37,171 nt of DNA from a virus, in IMG/VR virus record IMGVR_UViG_3300046103_001182; one strand, written 5' to 3'. Shown here piece after piece: positions 24,820-31,780 of the stretch (its first letter is position 1; the number at the start of each line of letters is the position of its first letter). The notes beneath the pieces are model-generated. The model ran no database searches. It saw only the letters and a list, made by a program, of their open reading frames with translations, and was not told the origin of the DNA. A program made the translations under genes and the position numbers.

Positions 24820-24890
24820 GGGGTCGGGGGGGTGTCGCCAAGTTTTTTCCTGATCGTGTAGCCGCACAATTTTACTAGGGGGTAAAACTG

Positions 24891-24940
24891 GCCCCTTTGG
24901 TTTAATAGTGCCCCATTTTGGTTTAATAAGGCCCCTTTGG
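24891..24940. repeat. Direct repeats GCCCC(A)TTT(T)GGTTTAATA x2 plus a partial third
   Basis: 24891-24907 and 24910-24928, then GCCCCTTTGG at 24931-24940. Confidence 0.85.
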
Positions 24941-25018
24941 ACGGTGTTTATACGCCTCAAAAACCATTAAGAATCAATAGGTTACTAAAGGTAACACCGG
25001 GTAACAAAAGGGACGCCA

Positions 25019-25037
25019 GTTTCTGCGGGACCAATGG
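25019..25037. repeat. 19-bp exact direct repeat, copy 1 (GTTTCTGCGGGACCAATGG)
   Basis: Identical to 25174-25192. Confidence 0.95.
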
Positions 25038-25060
25038 CTTGTAATTAGGCAATATTTAGC

Positions 25061-25089
25061 TTGACAGGTAACGCCTTATCTGTTATACT
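25061..25089 (+). promoter_or_regulatory. Rightward sigma70 promoter PR (TTGACA-17-TATACT, extended -10 TGT)
   Basis: TTGACA 25061-25066, 17-bp spacer, TATACT 25084-25089, preceded by TG at 25081-25082. Confidence 0.75.
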
Positions 25090-25100
25090 ACACCTAAGGT

Positions 25101-25148
25101 ATAAGAAGAAAAAAAATATTATTTAATTATAAATTAATTTATTAAAAT
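25101..25148. other. AT-rich tract of about 48 bp (2 G, 0 C); candidate DNA unwinding element or AT-rich leader
   Basis: ATAAGAAGAAAAAAAATATTATTTAATTATAAATTAATTTATTAAAAT. Confidence 0.6.
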
Positions 25149-25158
25149 CCTAAGGAAG

Positions 25159-25174
25159 CCATAGGTACCTATGG
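25159..25174. promoter_or_regulatory. Perfect 16-bp palindrome CCATAGGTACCTATGG (two inverted CCATAGG sites); operator-like
   Basis: Read directly. It extends to a 22/24 palindrome and covers ATG 25171. Confidence 0.8.
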
Positions 25175-25590
25175 TTTCTGCGGGACCAATGGGTTATAGG
25201 AGGGATTCTTTGATTGACACTGAAAAAAAGATAGGAAGACCAAAAAAGTCTAAGGCCCAAGAAAACCTACCTTCAAAGCCTAGGTCTGATCGTAGCATTA
25301 TGGAGGCGTACAGACAGCGCCTCTTAAACAGCCCATCTAGTGAAAAGGTAATAAGAAAGGTGTTCCAAACAGCCTTAGACGATGAGCATACCCACCAAGC
25401 TGCGTGTATGAAGATGATAATGGATAGGGTGTTACCTGCCACTGGTTTCTCCGAAGTAGTGTCTGGGGGACAACAAAGACAGTCAATACAAATAAATATC
25501 AGCGGTCTTCAGAGTGTAGAGGTTAACTCACAGGGTTCTGAGCCAGACGCCGAAGACGCTGTATTTACCCCTGTGGTGGACAATGGGTGA
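25171..25590 (+). CDS. Probable small terminase subunit (start uncertain: ATG 25171 or TTG 25210)
   Basis: Lies immediately upstream of, and overlaps, the large terminase. Basic N-terminus KKIGRPKK; the ...MKMIMDRVLP segment resembles small terminases. TTG 25210 has AGGAGG 6 nt upstream. Confidence 0.55.
   Translation: MVSAGPMGYRRDSLIDTEKKIGRPKKSKAQENLPSKPRSDRSIMEAYRQRLLNSPSSEKVIRKVFQTALDDEHTHQAACMKMIMDRVLPATGFSEVVSGGQQRQSIQINISGLQSVEVNSQGSEPDAEDAVFTPVVDNG
25174..25192. repeat. 19-bp exact direct repeat, copy 2
   Basis: Identical to 25019-25037, 155 bp away. Confidence 0.95.
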
Positions 25591-26842
25591 TTTAAACGTA
25601 TCCCTACTCCCGTGGCAGCAAGAAGTCTGGGCTGATGACGCCCGGTTCAAAGTAATAGCTGCGGGTCGTAGGTGTGGTAAAAGCCGTTACGCGGCCTACA
25701 GGCTCCTTGTAGAAGCCCTCCAGACTACCAAGGGAGAGGTTTTTTACGTTGCACCTACGCAGTCCCAAGCAAGAGATATTATGTGGAAAACCCTCATAGA
25801 GATAGGGGGTGATTTAATAGAAAAAAGTCACATAAACAACTTACAACACACACTCGTTAACGGCACCACAATATCGCTAAAGGGTGGAGATAGACCAGAT
25901 ACCATGAGGGGCATAAGCCTTAAGTTCCTTGTAATAGATGAGTACGCCCAAGTTAAGCCTTTTATCTGGGAAGAAATACTAAGACCAGCCCTAGCAGACT
26001 TAAAGGGTGACGCTGTGTTTATTGGTACCCCTGAGGGGCGTAATCACTTTTACGATCTGTATATGTACGCAGACACTAAAGAAGACCCCCAGTGGAAAGC
26101 ATGGCACTTTACATCCTATGATAACCCACTCCTAGACCCCGAGGAAATAAAAGGGGCTCAGAAATCAATGTCTTCTTATGCTTTTAACAAAGAATTTAAG
26201 GCATCGTTTAACGCCCAGGGCTCCGAAGTATTCAAAGAAACATGGCTTAAGTTTGACAAAGAGGAACCCAAAAGAGGTGACTATTACATAGCCATAGATT
26301 TAGCGGGTTTTGAAACCCTAGGAACTAAGCAAAGAAACACACGGCTAGACGATACAGCCATTAGCGTTGTAAAAGTAACAGACGAAGGGCACTGGTGGAT
26401 TAAAGAGATTATTTACGGGCGCTGGGATTTAAAAGAAACAGCACAAAAGATATTCAAAGCCGTTTCTAAATACAGGCCCGTAGCCGTTGGTATAGAAAGA
26501 GGCATAGCACAACAAGCTGTCCTAAGCCCCTTGAGCGACTTGATGCGTAGAGAGAACAAATACTTTAACATACAAACGCTAACCCACGGTAACAGAAAGA
26601 AATCAGACCGTATTATTTGGTCACTACAAGGGCGTTTTGAACACGGTAGGATAAGCTGCAACGAAGGAGAATGGAATACAAAGTTCATGGACCAGCTATT
26701 CCAGTTCCCCTCACACCTAACCAAAGATGACCTCATAGATTCCCTAAGCTACATAGATCAACTAGCTACAGTTCCGTATTGGAACCTAGAAGACATGGAC
26801 GAAGACACCTACGAATCCTTAGATATAACAAGCGGGTATTAA
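25583..26842 (+). CDS. Terminase large subunit
   Basis: Walker A AAGRRCGKS, Walker B FLVIDEYA, and C-terminal RNaseH-like acidic residues (AIDLAG, DDTAISVV, DDLIDSLSY). Confidence 0.9.
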   Translation: MGDLNVSLLPWQQEVWADDARFKVIAAGRRCGKSRYAAYRLLVEALQTTKGEVFYVAPTQSQARDIMWKTLIEIGGDLIEKSHINNLQHTLVNGTTISLKGGDRPDTMRGISLKFLVIDEYAQVKPFIWEEILRPALADLKGDAVFIGTPEGRNHFYDLYMYADTKEDPQWKAWHFTSYDNPLLDPEEIKGAQKSMSSYAFNKEFKASFNAQGSEVFKETWLKFDKEEPKRGDYYIAIDLAGFETLGTKQRNTRLDDTAISVVKVTDEGHWWIKEIIYGRWDLKETAQKIFKAVSKYRPVAVGIERGIAQQAVLSPLSDLMRRENKYFNIQTLTHGNRKKSDRIIWSLQGRFEHGRISCNEGEWNTKFMDQLFQFPSHLTKDDLIDSLSYIDQLATVPYWNLEDMDEDTYESLDITSGY

Positions 26843-26845
26843 ATT

Positions 26846-29083
26846 ATGGCAAGTGCAGAAATTATAGACGATAGTCCCTTGGAACCTAGGATGCTAGAAG
26901 ATAGCTCGTCCATCAAAGGCTATGTCATAGACCTTTGCCAAGAATGGCAAGAATACGTGGAATCTAATCACTTTAGCCAGTGGGATGAGTTTTATCGCAT
27001 TTGGCGAGGTATTTGGGCTGAACAAGACAAAACAAGACTAATGGAAAGAAGTCGTATTGTTACCCCTGCGTCCCAACAAGCAGTAGAAAGTGCTGTGTGC
27101 GAAATTGAAGAAGCTACCTTTGGTCAGGGCTTTTATTTCGACATTCGTGACGATAACCTCGAATTAACCAAATTAAGAAAGAAACAAAACATGGCACCCC
27201 CTGTGCCGCCAATGGCACCCCCAGGACTCTCAGGGGCACCCCAAGGAGCAGGGCCTCAAATGCCCCCTATGGGCCCTAGCGCCCCTGCCCTACCCCAAGG
27301 TATGCCTGCGTCTCCAATGCCTCCTCAACAGGCTCCTATGAGCCCTGAAGAGGCTATTGGCAATGACATGGCTTATTTAAGACGCCAACTAGAGCAGGAC
27401 ATGAAAAAACAAAGAGTAAGGGCTGCTACAGCAGAAGTTCTTATTAACGCCGCTGTTTGGGGCACAGGGATAGCCGAGGTTGTTATTGCTGAAGAAAATG
27501 AAATGAAACCTGCGTCTGAGCCTGTTATGGGTGGAGAAATGACCGCTTATGGAGTCAATACTACCCCTAGAGTAGTTGTTAAAATGAAGCCTGTGCTTAT
27601 CAAAAACTTCCGCATAGACCCAGCAGCTACCAGTGTAGAGGGCGCACACGGCGTTGCTATACAGGAGTTTGTTCCCACACACCAAGTTAAACAACTCCAG
27701 AGAGATGGCGTTTATCGCAAAGGAGCCATAGGCACAGCTTCTACGGATATGGACTTAGAGCCTGACCCCGATATAGACGTAATTAACACTGACGGTAAAG
27801 TAGAGCTTCTTAAATATTTTGGTTTAGTCCCTAAGCGAATGCTAACTTTAGCTAAAGATGAAGCAAGCCGAGAAAAAGACGAAGAAGAAGAAGAGGGAGA
27901 CTTAGAAGACCTCAGTATAGAAAACCAAGATGATGACGATGACGATGACGAAGGTGAGCTGGTAGAAGCTATTGTTATTATAGCCAACGGTGAGTTTTTG
28001 CTCAAGGCAGAAGAAAACCCGTACATGATGAAAGACAGGCCCATCGTAGCTTTTCAATGGGACATAGTTCCAGGATTGTTCTTTGGCAGAGGTGTTGTAG
28101 AAAAAGCGTATAACAGCCAAAAAGCTTTAGACGCTGAGATTAGAGCCCGTATAGACGCACTAGCCCTTACAATACACCCCATGATGGCTATGGATTCTAC
28201 CAAAATACCCCGAGGCCACAAACCTCAAATCATACCCGGAAAGATGATTTTAACTAACGGCGCTCCCAACGAAGTGCTTATGCCCTTTAAATTCGGGGAC
28301 GTTAGCCAAATATCTTTTGCTCAAGCAGGGGAACTACAGAAGATGGTACAGCAAGCCACGGGCTCTGTGGACTCTTCTGGTGTAGGTGGGGCCATTAACG
28401 GAGAAGCTACAGCCGCTGGCATTAGCATGTCCTTAGGTGCTATTATAAAGCGACAAAAAAGAACTCTTATTAACTTCCAAGAAAACTTCTGGGTACCCTT
28501 TGTTGAAAAGAGTGCTTGGCGGTACATGCAGTTTGCCCCTGAGATTTACCCTATAAAAGATTACAACTTTGTAGCCACCAGCACTTTAGGTATTATGGCT
28601 AGAGAGTATCAAGTAACTCAGTTAGTTCAACTATTGCAAACTATGAGCCCAGAGTCTCCTATGTATCCTAAGCTAGTAGAGTCTATTGTAGACAGTATGA
28701 ATATTAGCAACCGAGATGAGCTTGTAGATATTCTACAGCAAGCTTCACAACCTAAGCCTGAAGCAGAGCAAATGCAAAAACAAATGCACGGAATGCAGAT
28801 GGAAAACCAAGCTGCTGTCACTGACTACGCTAAGGCTCAAGCTGAGGAATCAAGGTCTAGGGCTAACAAGTATAATGCAGAAGCTCAGATGATGCCTCAA
28901 GAAGTTGAAATTAAGAAAATTGACGCAATTACTAAAAACCTGCAACCCGGAGCTGACGAAGACGCAGAGTTTACCAGAAGGCTAAAAATTGCAGACGTTG
29001 CTCTTAGAGAGCGAGGATTAGACATACAACAGACTCAAGCAGAAAACAAAAACCTTAGTAGCACCTTAAATGGAGGACAGTAA
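26846..29083 (+). CDS. Portal protein, with P/M-rich and poly-acidic insertions
   Basis: 745-aa ORF directly after the terminase and before the scaffold/capsid genes. I recognise no motif; the call rests on position and size. Confidence 0.75.
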   Translation: MASAEIIDDSPLEPRMLEDSSSIKGYVIDLCQEWQEYVESNHFSQWDEFYRIWRGIWAEQDKTRLMERSRIVTPASQQAVESAVCEIEEATFGQGFYFDIRDDNLELTKLRKKQNMAPPVPPMAPPGLSGAPQGAGPQMPPMGPSAPALPQGMPASPMPPQQAPMSPEEAIGNDMAYLRRQLEQDMKKQRVRAATAEVLINAAVWGTGIAEVVIAEENEMKPASEPVMGGEMTAYGVNTTPRVVVKMKPVLIKNFRIDPAATSVEGAHGVAIQEFVPTHQVKQLQRDGVYRKGAIGTASTDMDLEPDPDIDVINTDGKVELLKYFGLVPKRMLTLAKDEASREKDEEEEEGDLEDLSIENQDDDDDDDEGELVEAIVIIANGEFLLKAEENPYMMKDRPIVAFQWDIVPGLFFGRGVVEKAYNSQKALDAEIRARIDALALTIHPMMAMDSTKIPRGHKPQIIPGKMILTNGAPNEVLMPFKFGDVSQISFAQAGELQKMVQQATGSVDSSGVGGAINGEATAAGISMSLGAIIKRQKRTLINFQENFWVPFVEKSAWRYMQFAPEIYPIKDYNFVATSTLGIMAREYQVTQLVQLLQTMSPESPMYPKLVESIVDSMNISNRDELVDILQQASQPKPEAEQMQKQMHGMQMENQAAVTDYAKAQAEESRSRANKYNAEAQMMPQEVEIKKIDAITKNLQPGADEDAEFTRRLKIADVALRERGLDIQQTQAENKNLSSTLNGGQ

Positions 29084-29084
29084 T

Positions 29085-29252
29085 ATGATGTTATCTGGAG
29101 ACATGAACAAGATATACACAGAAGTTAACCGAGTAGCCGAGGGTATCATGGTACAAGTACGGGAGCTTCAAGAAAGGGTCAAAACCCTAGAAGAAGAAAA
29201 AGAATCAGCAAAAACTCCTAAAGTCAACAAAAAGATTGACAAAGCTGCATAA
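29085..29252 (+). CDS. 55-aa coiled-coil protein
   Basis: ATG 29085 with GGAGGA 7 nt upstream; charged heptad-like sequence. Confidence 0.55.
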   Translation: MMLSGDMNKIYTEVNRVAEGIMVQVRELQERVKTLEEEKESAKTPKVNKKIDKAA

Positions 29253-29264
29253 ACATGGTATAAT
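29236..29264 (+). promoter_or_regulatory. Full-consensus sigma70 promoter (TTGACA-17-TGGTATAAT)
   Basis: TTGACA 29236-29241, 17-bp spacer, TATAAT 29259-29264, with TGn immediately upstream. Confidence 0.8.
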
Positions 29265-29304
29265 CCCTGTATAAGATACAAAAACTAGAAGAAGGACAGT
29301 AGCT

Positions 29305-29574
29305 ATGAGTGAATTAGACCCCGAGAGCCCAGAGGCTCTTGAAGAGTATTTTGCAGTGCTTAAAGCAACCTTTTTAACAGAAGGCTGGAAAGTGTTCCAA
29401 AAAGAGCTTTTAGAGGAAGCTAAGAATTTAGATTCTGTGCAAACATGCAAAGACTCTACAGAGCTTCATTTTCGTAGGGGGCAACTGAGTATACTCGGTA
29501 ACATCCTTAATTTAGAAGAGAACCTTCAAAAGTCTCAAGATCACCTTGAGGAAACTTATTATGAAGGTACTTAA
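29305..29574 (+). CDS. Hypothetical head-module protein
   Basis: 89-aa ORF downstream of the consensus promoter. Confidence 0.6.
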   Translation: MSELDPESPEALEEYFAVLKATFLTEGWKVFQKELLEEAKNLDSVQTCKDSTELHFRRGQLSILGNILNLEENLQKSQDHLEETYYEGT

Positions 29575-29803
29575 TGATTTTATATGCCCACAGGGGCATG
29601 AAGAAGAAAGGTTTGTAGACAGCGGATTAACTGTTGTAGAGTGCGGCTCTTGCGGCTCCCTAGCTACAAAAATACGGCCTGTACCCAAATTTGCGTTAGA
29701 AACTGCTTCAGGAAGTTTTCCAGGAGCAACGCTAAAATGGGCCAAAGACCGAGAAAAGCGCCTCAAAAAAGAGGAGCGTACTATCGCCAACCATGGGGAA
29801 TAA
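29561..29803 (+). CDS. Zinc-ribbon protein (CPxGH ... CGSCG)
   Basis: The start is placed at ATG 29561 (MKVLNDFICPQGH) behind GAGGAA. It overlaps the previous gene by 14 nt. Confidence 0.55.
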   Translation: MKVLNDFICPQGHEEERFVDSGLTVVECGSCGSLATKIRPVPKFALETASGSFPGATLKWAKDREKRLKKEERTIANHGE

Positions 29804-29855
29804 TAGTACACCCTGAAAACCCTTCCACAATGGCTACCGCCACGGAGATTAGTTT

Positions 29856-30692
29856 ATGAGCGCAGAAATACTGGACAACGTAGAAGACCTAGAAGAAGTT
29901 GAACAACAACTGCCAGACCATACAGAAGCAGCTACCCCAGAAGAACTTGTACAATCTTTTTCTGATGAAACAGCAGCTCCCGTAGAACCTGAGCCTACAG
30001 AATACGACTTACCTGACAAGTATCAGGGTAAATCAATTAAAGAAGTTGTAGAAATGCACCAAAGTGCTGAAAGCCTTATAGGTAAGCACAGTGCAGAAGT
30101 AGGGGAACTCAGACAGTTTGTTGACGGCTATATAAAGGGCAAACTTAACGATAGTCCAGAGGCAGTGACAGAAACCTCAAATGAAGAAGTAGACTTTTTT
30201 GAGGACCCTGACGCTGCTGTAAACAGGGCAATAGATCGCCACCCCGCAGTTCAAGAGGCGCAGAAACAAGCACAACAGTACAAAAATGAGACAGCTTTAT
30301 CATCACTTCAAGCGAAGCACAACGATTTAGCTGAAATAATCTCAGACCCTACTTTCGCTACATGGGTCAACTCTTCTAAGGTACGCCAAGAGCTGTACCA
30401 AAGAGCTGACAAAGGCTACGACACAGACAGTGCTGATGAGTTAATAAGTAACTTTAAAGTTCAACGCAGTGTTGCAGCGCAAACAGTAGCAGCGGATAAG
30501 CAGTCTCGGCAAAGTCAAGTCAGAGCTGCTAGTACAGGAAGTGCAAGAGGAAGCGCACCACAGAACATGGGGGTTAGCGGAAAAACCTATCGCCGTCAGG
30601 ACCTCATTAAACTTATGGTACAAGACCCTGCTAGATACGAGTCCCTTTCAGATGAAATTCTAAAGGCTTACTCGGAAGGCAGAGTCCGATGA
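29856..30692 (+). CDS. Probable scaffolding protein
   Basis: Lies between portal and capsid; acidic N-terminus and helical, charged sequence. GGAG SD upstream. Confidence 0.6.
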   Translation: MSAEILDNVEDLEEVEQQLPDHTEAATPEELVQSFSDETAAPVEPEPTEYDLPDKYQGKSIKEVVEMHQSAESLIGKHSAEVGELRQFVDGYIKGKLNDSPEAVTETSNEEVDFFEDPDAAVNRAIDRHPAVQEAQKQAQQYKNETALSSLQAKHNDLAEIISDPTFATWVNSSKVRQELYQRADKGYDTDSADELISNFKVQRSVAAQTVAADKQSRQSQVRAASTGSARGSAPQNMGVSGKTYRRQDLIKLMVQDPARYESLSDEILKAYSEGRVR

Positions 30693-30719
30693 CCGATTAA
30701 TCTCTAAGGAGAATTTACA

Positions 30720-31712
30720 ATGGCTACATTTGCACCAGTTGTACCACAAGTAACTTCCATCCCCAACACCACGGTAGGTGGTAGGAATACAGGAACAGCA
30801 ACAGGTTTTATTCCTGAAATTTGGTCAGATGAAATCAAGGCTAGCTACACCAATAACCTTGTTCTTGCATCTAAAATTAAAACAATGGCAATGAAGGGCA
30901 AAAAGGGCGATACAATCCATGTCCCTATCCCTGATCGCGGCACAGCTTCAGTTAAAGCCCCAGAAACTGCTGTAACTTTGATTGCAGGCGCTACCTCTGA
31001 TTTGCAAATCAATATTGACCAGCACTTTGAGTATTCCCGCATGATTGAAGACATTGCAGGCACTCAGGCTCTTAGCTCTTTGCGTTCTTTTTACACAGAA
31101 GACGCAGGCTTTGCTATGGCTGTTAATGTTGATACTTCTTTGTTTAACCTAGGAGTAGGTCTTGACGGTGGCTCTATTGACCAAAACCCAGCCACAGCAG
31201 CACATTGGGTAAGCCCTCAGGCTTTCTACCCTGCGGCTACCACAGGCGCTTTAACGGCTTATAACGGAACTACAGCGTCTTCTGCGTTTACTGACCAATC
31301 TTTGCGTGACGGTCTTCAAACGCTTGATGATGCAAACGTACCTATGACGGGCCGTTTCTTTGTTATTCCGCCTAGCCTTGTTAATGAAATTCGCGGTATA
31401 ACGCGTTTTAGTTCTAGCGACTTTGTTAACTTTAAGCAGACTTCATCTGGTGAAATCGGTAACCTGTACGGTGTACCTGTCTATGTGTCTACTAACGTGC
31501 CTTCCGTAGCTAACGCTGGCGGTGGAACTCCTGTAGAGCGCATGTCTCTCTTGGCTCACAAAGACGCTTACGTTCTTGCCGAGCAAGTGGGTATTCGCAC
31601 ACAGACTCAGTACAAGCAGGAATTCCTGTCTACACTGATGACTGCTGACCGCCTGTACGGGCGTCAGGTCTACCGCGCCGAAAGCGCCGTTGTAATCGCA
31701 GTAGCTCCTTAA
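30720..31712 (+). CDS. Major capsid protein
   Basis: 330 aa with a strong SD (TAAGGAGAATTTACAATG) and a terminator immediately downstream. The N-terminal pattern IPEIWSDEI...KGKKGDTIHVP is typical of podovirus coat proteins. Confidence 0.85.
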   Translation: MATFAPVVPQVTSIPNTTVGGRNTGTATGFIPEIWSDEIKASYTNNLVLASKIKTMAMKGKKGDTIHVPIPDRGTASVKAPETAVTLIAGATSDLQINIDQHFEYSRMIEDIAGTQALSSLRSFYTEDAGFAMAVNVDTSLFNLGVGLDGGSIDQNPATAAHWVSPQAFYPAATTGALTAYNGTTASSAFTDQSLRDGLQTLDDANVPMTGRFFVIPPSLVNEIRGITRFSSSDFVNFKQTSSGEIGNLYGVPVYVSTNVPSVANAGGGTPVERMSLLAHKDAYVLAEQVGIRTQTQYKQEFLSTLMTADRLYGRQVYRAESAVVIAVAP

Positions 31713-31730
31713 TTAAGGGCTTCTGACACT

Positions 31731-31766
31731 AGGCCCCTAGGATTCCTTAGGGGCCTTACTTATTTT
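31731..31766 (+). terminator. Rho-independent terminator/attenuator after the capsid gene
   Basis: AGGCCCCTAGG / CCTTAGGGGCCT stem (one bulge) followed by TACTTATTTT. Confidence 0.7.
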
Positions 31767-31780
31767 AGGAGTTTTTTTAA

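Noticed and set aside
27389-28821. Several minus-strand ORFs inside the portal gene, including a poly-Ser one (27712..28044)
   Set aside because: These are antisense readings of the acidic GAA/GAT tracts and other portal sequence, and artefactual.
11463-31757. Recurrent CCTNAGG (CCTAAGG/CCTTAGG) in intergenic hairpins (11464, 11477, 20981, 20992, 21041, 25094, 25150, 31745)
   Set aside because: This is probably a by-product of SD-like TAAGGA sequences and GC-clamped terminator stems rather than a dedicated motif. Enrichment would need to be tested statistically before any claim is made.
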